A stretch of 36,833 nt of DNA from a virus (IMGVR_UViG_3300032237_000198:1-36833); one strand, 5' to 3'; counted from the stretch's first letter, positions 17,856-25,335 are shown. Numbers and translations: made by a program. Notes: generated by a model from the sequence alone, not told the origin.

Positions 17856-17931
17856 TCAATCCCCGCATGGTGCGCAGGGAGATCCTGCGACTGAGGTCTG
17901 TTGTGGCTCACATGAAACAAAGGGGATGATT
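17856..17931 (+). ncRNA. Candidate structured RNA element of unknown class
   Basis: ATCCCC/GGGGAT closing stem, CGCAGG-GAGAT-CCTGCG hairpin, TGAG/CTCA and CATG/CATG pairings. Confidence 0.3.
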
Positions 17932-17944
17932 TAAAAGAATATTG

Positions 17945-17972
17945 TTGCACTTTCATTTTTTATCAGGACAAT
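17945..17972 (+). promoter_or_regulatory. Promoter for primase-helicase, probably leaderless
   Basis: TTGCAC-N16-GACAAT-N6-ATG(17979). Confidence 0.5.
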
Positions 17973-17978
17973 TCCGAA

Positions 17979-18920
17979 ATGATCACACCACAACAAAAAG
18001 CAGAATCGGTAGTCGGTAAGGTAGAATGGCAGTCTGAGAATCACGGATTGTGCCGATGCCCAGGGGAACACTTCCATACCAGCAACACGCGAGTCAGGGA
18101 TACGACTGTATTCGTTGACTCAGTCCCAACGATCTTCTGTTGGCACACCAGCTGTCAGGCGGTTCGCGGTGAGGCTAATTATAAGTTGCGGAAGCTAATC
18201 CTAAACGATCCGCTCTACAGGCCGATGCTTGCACCGATGTCGACGAGCGGAACTAACCCAATGAAACTCGTAATCGAACGCGATGTTGAGAGTGATATAA
18301 TCCAGCGAATTGGAGTGATTGCACAATCCAACCGAGCAAGATATCTGGCACATTATAAATGGGACCCAGCCGATATGTTCGAGCAATCTCCTGTTCGTAT
18401 CGGTGACGCACCATCCGATCAGTACAAAACTTTGTTGTCGCTGTTTAAGCCTGACGACATTGTCTGGATCGGTGCGGTCAAGGATAGTGGCAATCATCCG
18501 CAAAACTTCCGCGCTGCATCCGAATGGTTGGAGATGAGCGAGCCAGTCGGTCAATTCATTACTGGATCAGCATTCAAGGTTGGAACTATCAGCAGGGCGA
18601 ACGAGAACGTGGAGATGAGAAGATTCCTTGTCGTCGAGAGTGATGAGCTGTCGAAGGCTGAGATCGGCGCGGTGTTCCAGCTTATGCGCGATTTATTCAA
18701 GATGAGACTTTATGCGGTTGTCGACACGGCAGGCAAGAGTCTGCATGGATGGTTTGATCCGACGCCCAATCCAGAATGGGAGAAGCAATTGAAAGCATTC
18801 CTAGTTCCGATGGGATGCGATCCAGCGACATTTAAACCAAGCCAACCTGTGAGGGTAGCTGGAGCAATGAGGGAAGAGAAAACGCAAAGCCTACTTTGGT
18901 TTTGCAATGAGGGGAAATAA
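17979..18920 (+). CDS. DNA primase (AEP/RepB'-like) with N-terminal Zn-binding motif
   Basis: CRCPGEHFH...CWHTSC; RFLVVESD; VVDTAGKSLHGW; DPATFKPSQPVR. Confidence 0.8.
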   Translation: MITPQQKAESVVGKVEWQSENHGLCRCPGEHFHTSNTRVRDTTVFVDSVPTIFCWHTSCQAVRGEANYKLRKLILNDPLYRPMLAPMSTSGTNPMKLVIERDVESDIIQRIGVIAQSNRARYLAHYKWDPADMFEQSPVRIGDAPSDQYKTLLSLFKPDDIVWIGAVKDSGNHPQNFRAASEWLEMSEPVGQFITGSAFKVGTISRANENVEMRRFLVVESDELSKAEIGAVFQLMRDLFKMRLYAVVDTAGKSLHGWFDPTPNPEWEKQLKAFLVPMGCDPATFKPSQPVRVAGAMREEKTQSLLWFCNEGK

Positions 18921-18921
18921 T

Positions 18922-19938
18922 ATGATCGAGCCTGCTGTAGCATTAGGGCTGAAGCCTTCGGTTGACCAATGGCCACCGATTAAAACGTATAGTGAATTGC
19001 TGACCGATAACTTGAAGGAGCCTGATGTGCTTATCGATGGCATCCTGCACCAGGGGGGCAAGCTGCTTCTGGGTGGAGGGAGTAAGGCGTTTAAGAGCTG
19101 GAGTCTGATTGACCTCGCGCTGTCGTTACACTCAGGCACTCCATGGTGGGGTCAGAAGTGTACCAAGGCAAAAGTGCTGTTTATTAACTTCGAGATTCAG
19201 GAATGGTCGTTCCGCTCGCGACTTGCTGACGTAATCCACGCCAAGGAATTACAGGGAAAGGTGGATGACTTCGATGTGTGGACGCTCAGAGGTTATGCAG
19301 CCGACTTGACATTGATTCGACCAATCATCGAGAAGCATATCGAGGGGCGCGGATATCAGGCGATTATATTAGATCCAAACTATATGCTGATGGGTGACCG
19401 CGATGAGAATAGTGCTGGCGATATGGGCGCGCTTATGAATGAGTTTGAGTATCTTGCCACGCGCTACAATCTGTCCGTAATCCTGTCACATCACTTCTCC
19501 AAGGGTAACAAGTCCAGCGCAGAGGCGATTGATAGGTTCAGTGGCAGCGGTGTCTTTGCTCGAAATCCAGACTCGCTCGTAGTACTTACGGCACATGAGG
19601 AGGACGAGAAGACGTTCACATGTGAGATGACACTGCGCAACTTCCCACCTGTCGATCCTTTCGTAGTGCAATGGAAGTACCCCATGTTCAGCGTAAACTA
19701 TAACCTGAACCCTGATGAGCTGAAGCAGACTGGTGGAAAGAAGAAGTTGGTTGGCGATGCAAGGCTGCTAAAAGAGATGGGTTCACGCGAGTTCACGGCC
19801 TGCGACCTGTTCCGATTTGTGCAGGAAAAGTTTCAAGTTTCGGAGTCAACCGCCAAAAGACATGTAAAACGCATGTCTCAGGCTGGCAAGATACTGAAGG
19901 AGAATGGGTTATATACCGCTAACCAGTCGGTTTTTTGA
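18922..19938 (+). CDS. RepA-like SF4 helicase (AAA_25) with C-terminal HTH
   Basis: Walker A GGSKAFKS, Walker B IILDP, SHHFSKG, FSGSG. Confidence 0.9.
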   Translation: MIEPAVALGLKPSVDQWPPIKTYSELLTDNLKEPDVLIDGILHQGGKLLLGGGSKAFKSWSLIDLALSLHSGTPWWGQKCTKAKVLFINFEIQEWSFRSRLADVIHAKELQGKVDDFDVWTLRGYAADLTLIRPIIEKHIEGRGYQAIILDPNYMLMGDRDENSAGDMGALMNEFEYLATRYNLSVILSHHFSKGNKSSAEAIDRFSGSGVFARNPDSLVVLTAHEEDEKTFTCEMTLRNFPPVDPFVVQWKYPMFSVNYNLNPDELKQTGGKKKLVGDARLLKEMGSREFTACDLFRFVQEKFQVSESTAKRHVKRMSQAGKILKENGLYTANQSVF

Positions 19939-19939
19939 G

Positions 19940-20123
19940 GTGTCAATTCGCGGTGTCAAAATGGGTTCTTCTACACTAGTGTCATTCCTATATATATAAA
20001 GAACCAGAACCCACGGAGGAACCAAGGGAAAGGGGGACTCCTTAGTCCGTCCCCCTTCCCCTTTCACCTGCGGTGTTCCGAAGTGAATTTTCAAACGAGC
20101 GGGACCAGAAAATAAATGACACT
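19940..20123. other. Putative replication origin
   Basis: GTGTCA at 19940, 19953 and 19979; inverted copy at 20117; TATATATATAAA tract; GC-rich hairpin at 20024-20063; directly after the helicase gene. Confidence 0.5.
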
Positions 20124-20154
20124 TCACCGCTTCCACCGCCTCACCTGCCAAGGC

Positions 20155-20182
20155 TTGGTGCTGGGGTGGGATGTGGTACAAT
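20155..20182 (+). promoter_or_regulatory. Extended -10 promoter, probably leaderless
   Basis: TGnTACAAT-N6-ATG(20189). Confidence 0.55.
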
Positions 20183-20188
20183 CAGCAA

Positions 20189-20323
20189 ATGAACAAAGGT
20201 CTATATGCAAATATCAATGCTAGGCGTAAGGCTGGCACTAGTCGTCCTAAATCTAAAAGCACGATCTCCCCAAGGGTGTATCGAGTTATGAAAGCGAAAA
20301 AGGGTGGATTCGCGCCACGATAG
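20189..20323 (+). CDS. Small basic protein (44 aa; below the ORF-track cutoff)
   Basis: MNKGLYANINARRKAGTSRPKSKSTISPRVYRVMKAKKGGFAPR; the GLYANI motif recurs in aquatic phages. Confidence 0.75.
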   Translation: MNKGLYANINARRKAGTSRPKSKSTISPRVYRVMKAKKGGFAPR

Positions 20324-20579
20324 AGATCTTCTAAAGCAGGCGTATGTTTTCATTGGCCTGCTACAGAAAGAGAATGCCCAGCTGCACGCAGTGCTTAGGC
20401 AGTTGGGTCAGCTGGTGGATGACATGGATAACAATTGCTCATACGAGGTGTTTGAGCATGAGTGGGCTGAGATAGCTTTGTCTATGGCCAAGCTATCGAG
20501 ATTCTTCGCAAAGCATCAAGAAGACCTTGCTGCCCTAAAGGATTCCAATATATTCGAAGGAGAGATCGACGAGACATGA
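20304..20579 (+). CDS. Hypothetical coiled-coil protein
   Basis: 91-aa ORF with an ATGA overlap with the next gene. Confidence 0.55.
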   Translation: MDSRHDRDLLKQAYVFIGLLQKENAQLHAVLRQLGQLVDDMDNNCSYEVFEHEWAEIALSMAKLSRFFAKHQEDLAALKDSNIFEGEIDET

Positions 20580-20812
20580 GTACACAAGACTTGCCTTGCA
20601 ATAGTCCGAGGCGTACTCCAGGTGCGAACAAGAAGTTTGTGGTGAGAGCCTGCCAGAATGGGCAGTCCAAGACAATTAGGTATGGTGACCCAAAGATGAC
20701 CATTAAGAAGGGTAACCCAGACCGCAGGCGCAGTTTCAGGACTAGGCACAAGTGTGACTCAGAGAAGCCTAGCAAGATGACTGCTAGGTACTGGTCATGC
20801 AAGAATTGGTAA
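20576..20812 (+). CDS. Small basic Cys/His protein (DUF5754/DUF6321-like)
   Basis: IRYGDP.M...RRRSFRTRHKCD...ARYWSCKNW. Confidence 0.7.
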   Translation: MSTQDLPCNSPRRTPGANKKFVVRACQNGQSKTIRYGDPKMTIKKGNPDRRRSFRTRHKCDSEKPSKMTARYWSCKNW

Positions 20813-20816
20813 GTAT

Positions 20817-20975
20817 ATGAAAAAAGGCTTTAAAAGGCCACGCAATCGAGCGAGGATGCCTCTAAAACTAGTCGATGCCGACAACCAAGTAGAGGATAGC
20901 TGGATAGTTAAGAAAAAGACTATTATTGATCGTCCGCTTGGGAACAGGGCTTGTTGCTGTTTTATTGGCAAGTAA
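20817..20975 (+). CDS. Small basic hypothetical protein (52 aa)
   Basis: MKKGFKRPRNRARMPL...RACCCFIGK, starting 4 nt after the upstream stop. Confidence 0.45.
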   Translation: MKKGFKRPRNRARMPLKLVDADNQVEDSWIVKKKTIIDRPLGNRACCCFIGK

Positions 20976-21086
20976 TTTGAATTTCTATCCCTTATGGGAC
21001 ATAATTCAAAATTTGTAAATCCTAGATTTTGAATTTGGAATTTTTCATCCTTATGGACCAAATTCTGGATTTTCCATCCTTATGGG
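20976..21086 (+). repeat. Three imperfect ~23-bp direct repeats (core ATCCTTATGG)
   Basis: tttgaatttctatcccttatggg / tttggaatttttcatccttatgga / tctggattttccatccttatggg. Confidence 0.65.
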
Positions 21087-21260
21087 GGCTTTCTCGGATT
21101 CAGCAGACTCTTTCTTGGCGAGTCGGTATTTTTCCCACCGCGCATTCACCGCGCGCTGCGCTTGTTCACTAGTTCGAGCCTTGCTAACTCCCTTTACGCT
21201 TCCACCCTTCTTTCCCATTGCTGAGAAGTAGGCGCGCACTTGTTCGGTAAGTTCACTCAT
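21051..21260 (-). CDS. Small basic protein with KGG-type motif
   Basis: AYFSAMGKKGGS...ARTSEQAQRAVNARW; own promoter. Confidence 0.7.
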   Translation of the reverse strand: MSELTEQVRAYFSAMGKKGGSVKGVSKARTSEQAQRAVNARWEKYRLAKKESAESEKAPIRMENPEFGP

Positions 21261-21266
21261 ACGAAT

Positions 21267-21295
21267 ATATTAAGGATTGTATAGATTATTAGCAA
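21267..21295 (-). promoter_or_regulatory. Promoter, probably leaderless
   Basis: TTGCTA-N17-TAATAT-N6-ATG. Confidence 0.6.
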
Positions 21296-21300
21296 GCGCG

Positions 21301-21328
21301 AAAAGCCATAGGGGCTTGACCCCTTGGC
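21301..21328 (-). terminator. Candidate intrinsic terminator
   Basis: Minus strand GCCAAGGGG-TCAAG-CCCCTATGGC-TTTT just after the stop at 21333. Confidence 0.5.
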
Positions 21329-21332
21329 GGGA

Positions 21333-21515
21333 TTATTTAGAATTGAATAGGCTATTATCTATCAAATCACAAAAAGAATCCATCATCTTATTGTCTGCCC
21401 AATCCTTTTGCACGTATCCCATTTTTACCCCTACAATTGTAGCCTTAATTTGTTTAAGGCTTTCTTTCAAATAGTCCACCTTCCATTGCAATTCCTGCTC
21501 TTTACTCATTTTCAA
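21333..21515 (-). CDS. Small hypothetical protein
   Basis: GAGGAG Shine-Dalgarno upstream; ATG at 21509 is the likely start. Confidence 0.65.
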   Translation of the reverse strand: MKMSKEQELQWKVDYLKESLKQIKATIVGVKMGYVQKDWADNKMMDSFCDLIDNSLFNSK

Positions 21516-21520
21516 CTCCT

Positions 21521-21630
21521 CTTTCTTTCCCTTTCATTCGCGCAATCACTAGGACTGCGCTGCCGTTGTTTAGGTTCCGCTATCGCTTCACCTCTCCCTT
21601 CCCCTGGTTAAAGGGAAAGGCAAGGGGAAA
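21521..21630 (-). ncRNA. Candidate structured leader RNA of unknown class
   Basis: Three hairpins enclosed by TTTCCC/GGGAAA; one has a GAUA tetraloop. Confidence 0.35.
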
Positions 21631-21717
21631 CTAATCTTTTCCCAAGATGGCTACCATGACCAGGCTCAGGATTGAGCCTAGTACTATCCCGCAGCAGAAT
21701 GTATAAAGTTCACTCAT
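21631..21717 (-). CDS. 28-aa single-TM peptide
   Basis: MSELYTFCCGIVLGSILSLVMVAILGKD; ATGA overlap with the upstream gene. Confidence 0.55.
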   Translation of the reverse strand: MSELYTFCCGIVLGSILSLVMVAILGKD

Positions 21718-21854
21718 TTCCGAATATCCCTTTCCTTCTTAATAATCGCGGTCCACTCCATCCCATTGCGAATCGTCCACAAAGACGCTCGACGGAACGT
21801 AGTGAAACGTGCGAAAAATTGCCCTAACGAATTGTAAACCGCATAATATGTCAT
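21714..21854 (-). CDS. Small hypothetical protein (46 aa)
   Basis: MTYYAVYNSLGQFF...; ATGA overlaps on both sides. Confidence 0.6.
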   Translation of the reverse strand: MTYYAVYNSLGQFFARFTTFRRASLWTIRNGMEWTAIIKKERDIRK

Positions 21855-22555
21855 GACGCGCTCGCAATCTGCGCAACGCGCTTTTTCGACATGCCGTGAG
21901 GAATGAACCCCACGATCACTGAACGATCTCCACGCGAGCAAAGGCGACATGTAGCGCATGTCACCCCTTCACGCTTCTGCGCAGGACAAACTACAACGCG
22001 CCTACCTTGCGGGGTTTGCGTATTGTCTTCGACTCCCGCTGGTAGGATCGTGACGACTGGAGCCACATTTAAGGCTGCGAGCTTGTCGGCATGCGCCAAG
22101 CCATTAGCGGAAAGATTAATCACAAACCCTTCCCTATTCGCTGCGCCTATCGCGTCGCGATTCTTTTTTGCGTTCTTATCCTGCTCTTCCAATACTGGTT
22201 TATGCGTATAAGTGAACCCACGTCTTCCACGATTGGCTTTCGCAAGCTTGGCCAATAGATCGCTGTCAACGTAATTATTATCTCCAGGCAGATCTCCAAC
22301 CTGGTTATGTCTCCAAAGTTGACCGCTTGGCAGCCTTGCTATTGATTCACACAATCCGTCAAACGTGATACCACGATCCGCGCGGTTAACTGCGTTCCAA
22401 TGGAAGCGCAGGTTTCCGCCTAATCCATAGCAGCCCTTATCCTTTAAAGGGCATGCATCAGGACAAGTACTGCTTCCGCTTGTCGAGACTGGTATATGGC
22501 CAGTCTTAATATTTGAGGAAGATAGGGTGAGGTGAACTAAGGGGGGTAAGTTCAT
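21851..22555 (-). CDS. Cys-rich GP88-like (degenerate radical-SAM-like) protein
   Basis: SNIKTG...TCPDACPLKDKGCY, WRHNQVGDL, FTYTH, VVCPAQ...TCATCRLC. Confidence 0.65.
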   Translation of the reverse strand: MNLPPLVHLTLSSSNIKTGHIPVSTSGSSTCPDACPLKDKGCYGLGGNLRFHWNAVNRADRGITFDGLCESIARLPSGQLWRHNQVGDLPGDNNYVDSDLLAKLAKANRGRRGFTYTHKPVLEEQDKNAKKNRDAIGAANREGFVINLSANGLAHADKLAALNVAPVVTILPAGVEDNTQTPQGRRVVVCPAQKREGVTCATCRLCSRGDRSVIVGFIPHGMSKKRVAQIASAS

Positions 22556-22791
22556 TTCACATTCTCCTTAATCCAATCAATAATTTTTGACGCATAGTAA
22601 GGAGTGGTGAGTTCGTTCAAATATAATTCAACATTTAAACCGCATCTACCCAATCTATAAGAACGCATCGCCAAAGTTTGATTTTTTTCCCACGTTGAGT
22701 TCCTAATTCCAATCATAGTTTTATCTCGACTAATCCCAACTTGAATAATTCCTCCTATGCAATACTCGCCAAGTTTAAATGTTTTTTTCAT
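22552..22791 (-). CDS. Hypothetical protein
   Basis: Strong Shine-Dalgarno AGAAAGGAG upstream; 79 aa. Confidence 0.7.
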   Translation of the reverse strand: MKKTFKLGEYCIGGIIQVGISRDKTMIGIRNSTWEKNQTLAMRSYRLGRCGLNVELYLNELTTPYYASKIIDWIKENVK

Positions 22792-22811
22792 GGTATATAT
22801 ATCTCCTTTCT

Positions 22812-22892
22812 TTATTTGATCTTCCCCATAAGGAATCCAAAGCAGATTCCTGCGAAAAAGATAATGCCGATGGTTTGGGGTAGGTTGTTCAT
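22812..22892 (-). CDS. 26-aa single-TM peptide
   Basis: MNNLPQTIGIIFFAGICFGFLMGKIK; ATG abuts the upstream stop and AAGGAG precedes it. Confidence 0.55.
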   Translation of the reverse strand: MNNLPQTIGIIFFAGICFGFLMGKIK

Positions 22893-23114
22893 TTAGGCAT
22901 TCTCCTTTTTAATTTCTTCAAATTTTTTTGTAAAAAGATGAGTGGCAGCCTTCAATATTCCCAACGCGCGCACTACATCGACATCGTCTAAAATGTCTAT
23001 GATCTTTTTATAGTTTGGAGAAAAATGCGAATAGGAAAGAATCAGCTCTTTTGTTTTCGCATATGTTTGAACGTCTTGTACCGCGCTCGCTTCGGTTTGT
23101 GTTGTGTTGTTCAT
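22893..23114 (-). CDS. Hypothetical protein, first gene of the minus-strand module
   Basis: 73 aa; promoter immediately upstream. Confidence 0.65.
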   Translation of the reverse strand: MNNTTQTEASAVQDVQTYAKTKELILSYSHFSPNYKKIIDILDDVDVVRALGILKAATHLFTKKFEEIKKENA

Positions 23115-23120
23115 ACGTTC

Positions 23121-23148
23121 AACATACGCTAACGGCTTGTGATGTCAA
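23121..23148 (-). promoter_or_regulatory. Promoter, probably leaderless
   Basis: TTGACA-N16-TATGTT-N6-ATG with an upstream A-tract. Confidence 0.65.
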
Positions 23149-23171
23149 GGGGTTTTTTTAAAATATTTTCA

Positions 23172-23180
23172 TGCTAAAAT
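23172..23180 (+). promoter_or_regulatory. Extended -10 for the terminase operon
   Basis: TGC-TAAAAT-N6-ATG(23187). Confidence 0.5.
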
Positions 23181-23843
23181 ATGAGGATGGAAGCAATGCC
23201 AAGCGATGCGCCACTCGCGCAGGATAAGGGGAAGAATGGCAAATCTTCCCTATATAACGATCAGATTGCGCAGGAGGTGATCGATGCGTGCCGTAGTGGG
23301 TTTACGATAGAAAAGGCTGGCGCACTGGTAGGCCTATCGCCTAGCACGATCAAATCTTGGTGTACTCGCAAGCCTGACTTTGCGCGCAGAGTGGAGACTG
23401 CTAGAAAAAAGCACGAACTATCACTCTTGCGAGACATAGAGCTGGCAGGTCAAAAGAGCTGGCAGGCCAAAGCCTGGATGGCGGAAAGGATCTATCAATA
23501 CGCGCAGCCTAGCGCGCGTCTGCATGTCCAGGGCAGCGTCGAGCATGGTTTAGGCGCAGGCTTGGCGCAAATATTAGCAGGCTCTCTCTCAAAAAAAGAA
23601 AAGCCTGCACAAGTAATTGAAACGAAAGAAGTTAAGAAAGACATTAGTTCTCCTCATAGTAAATACATTGTTTATTGTGCGACAAATAAAGATGAGCCAA
23701 AGGTTGAAGCTGCCAAGCCTGAGGAGTCCGCCCTACCTTCCGCGCCAAAGCGCAGGCGACATGTTCCGATGAGAAGACGGCCTGCGCGCAAGCCTGGGGG
23801 AGTGGATACGACCACGCCCCTACCCACACCCCCATCCCCATAA
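23181..23843 (+). CDS. terS: Terminase small subunit (likely start 23187)
   Basis: N-terminal HTH (IEKAGALVGLSPSTIKSW), WQAKAWMAER; immediately upstream of terL. Confidence 0.75.
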   Translation: MRMEAMPSDAPLAQDKGKNGKSSLYNDQIAQEVIDACRSGFTIEKAGALVGLSPSTIKSWCTRKPDFARRVETARKKHELSLLRDIELAGQKSWQAKAWMAERIYQYAQPSARLHVQGSVEHGLGAGLAQILAGSLSKKEKPAQVIETKEVKKDISSPHSKYIVYCATNKDEPKVEAAKPEESALPSAPKRRRHVPMRRRPARKPGGVDTTTPLPTPPSP

Positions 23844-23898
23844 AAAAATCTCTATACCCCCCCAAGTATTTGCGACACAAAATAAAAAGAGGTCTATA

Positions 23899-25335
23899 GT
23901 GGGCAAAACAACAAAACCTCCAAAACGCACGCCAGAAGAGATTTTAGCAGAAGTACAATCACCAGCTGGATTCGCAAAACATGTACTTGGACTTGAGCTA
24001 TATGATTGGCAGCGAAAGGTTTTACGCGACTTGCAAGACAAAGATTGCCGAGTTGCACTCAAAGCAGCGAACGGATCAGGCAAGACCAGCACAGTCATTG
24101 CTTCCATTTTAATTTGGCATGCGTTCTGTTTTAAGGGAAGCATAGCTACGACAACCGCTGGCGTTTGGAGGCAGGTCGAGAAACAATTGTGGCCTAGCCT
24201 GCGCAAACACATTGCGCGAGTGGGCGGAAATTGGGAAGTCACATCAGGAGAAATCCGCTACATATTTCCAGATGGAACGATGAGCAGGATCGTTGGGTAT
24301 AGTGCGACAGACCCAGGTCGAGCGGAAGGATTCCATGCCGACGACCATGACACCATGCCATTGCTAATTGTGGTGGACGAAGCCAAGTCAATTCCTGATC
24401 CGCTCTTCGAAGCTTTGTGGCGTTGCCAACCGACTCGCGTATTGCTCGCCTCCAGCCCTGGTGCAAGCACAGGCGCATTCTATCGCGCATTCACCAAGGA
24501 ATCTGCGATGTGGAAGAAGCACACAGTGACAGCATTCGACTGCCCTCACATCACTAGGCAACAGATCGACGAGGTGCTACAGCGATATGGCGAGAAGCAT
24601 CCACTCACTCGTTCTATGGTATACGGCGAGTTCGTGGATATCGGATCGGAAAGCTTGGTCATTAATTATAACTCACTCCAAGGCTGCCAGAACAGCCCAC
24701 CTGACTTTAAGCCTGGTAGCAGGACCGCTGGTGTAGACTTTGCAGCAGGTGGCGATTGCAACGTCTTGTGCATTCGAGATGGAAACAAGATCCTGCCGAT
24801 CATCGCATGGCGCGATAAGGACACGATGGCAGCGGTTGGCAAGTTCATTGTGGAGTTCAAGAAGGCTGGATTAAAGGCAGAAGACATCTATGCGGACGCG
24901 AGTGGTTTAGGCATGCCTATGTGCGATGCTTTAGCCGAGGCTGGGTGGAGAGTGAACAGAGTAAACTTTGGTGGAACGCCGAACGATGCGGATGCCTATA
25001 CAAACAAGTCGGCTGAGATGTGGTTCAACATGGCCAAGAAGATTGGTGATCGCGAGATCATCCTTCCAGAGGACGACGACGAACTTATGGCTCAATTGAC
25101 CTGTCGCAGGACTGTGACCAACAGCAGGGGTAAGCTTGGGGTGGAATCTAAGGATTCTCTGCGAAGCAGGGGTATTGCCAGCCCTGACCGAGCGGATGCA
25201 TTGGCATTGTGCCTAGATGGTGGTAATATCCGCTGGGACTTGACTTTCCCTACAGAACGTCCAACTTGGAGGACGTTAAACCAAATGATGGAGTCACACG
25301 ACCCTGTCATGGCAGGTTTTGACGCAGGAGGATAA
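23899..25335 (+). CDS. terL: Terminase large subunit
   Basis: Walker A AANGSGKT, Walker B IVVDEA, nuclease motifs GVDFAAGGD, ADASGLG, SPDRADA. Confidence 0.93.
   Translation: MGKTTKPPKRTPEEILAEVQSPAGFAKHVLGLELYDWQRKVLRDLQDKDCRVALKAANGSGKTSTVIASILIWHAFCFKGSIATTTAGVWRQVEKQLWPSLRKHIARVGGNWEVTSGEIRYIFPDGTMSRIVGYSATDPGRAEGFHADDHDTMPLLIVVDEAKSIPDPLFEALWRCQPTRVLLASSPGASTGAFYRAFTKESAMWKKHTVTAFDCPHITRQQIDEVLQRYGEKHPLTRSMVYGEFVDIGSESLVINYNSLQGCQNSPPDFKPGSRTAGVDFAAGGDCNVLCIRDGNKILPIIAWRDKDTMAAVGKFIVEFKKAGLKAEDIYADASGLGMPMCDALAEAGWRVNRVNFGGTPNDADAYTNKSAEMWFNMAKKIGDREIILPEDDDELMAQLTCRRTVTNSRGKLGVESKDSLRSRGIASPDRADALALCLDGGNIRWDLTFPTERPTWRTLNQMMESHDPVMAGFDAGG

Noticed and set aside
17856-17931. Hammerhead or HDV-like ribozyme, or tRNA
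   Set aside because: No CUGAnGA core correctly placed relative to GAAA, no HDV nested pseudoknot, no T-loop GTTC; kept only as an unknown structured element
20976-21086. Mini CRISPR array
   Set aside because: The repeats are degenerate, the spacers are unequal (~35 and ~6 nt), and two copies overlap a CDS
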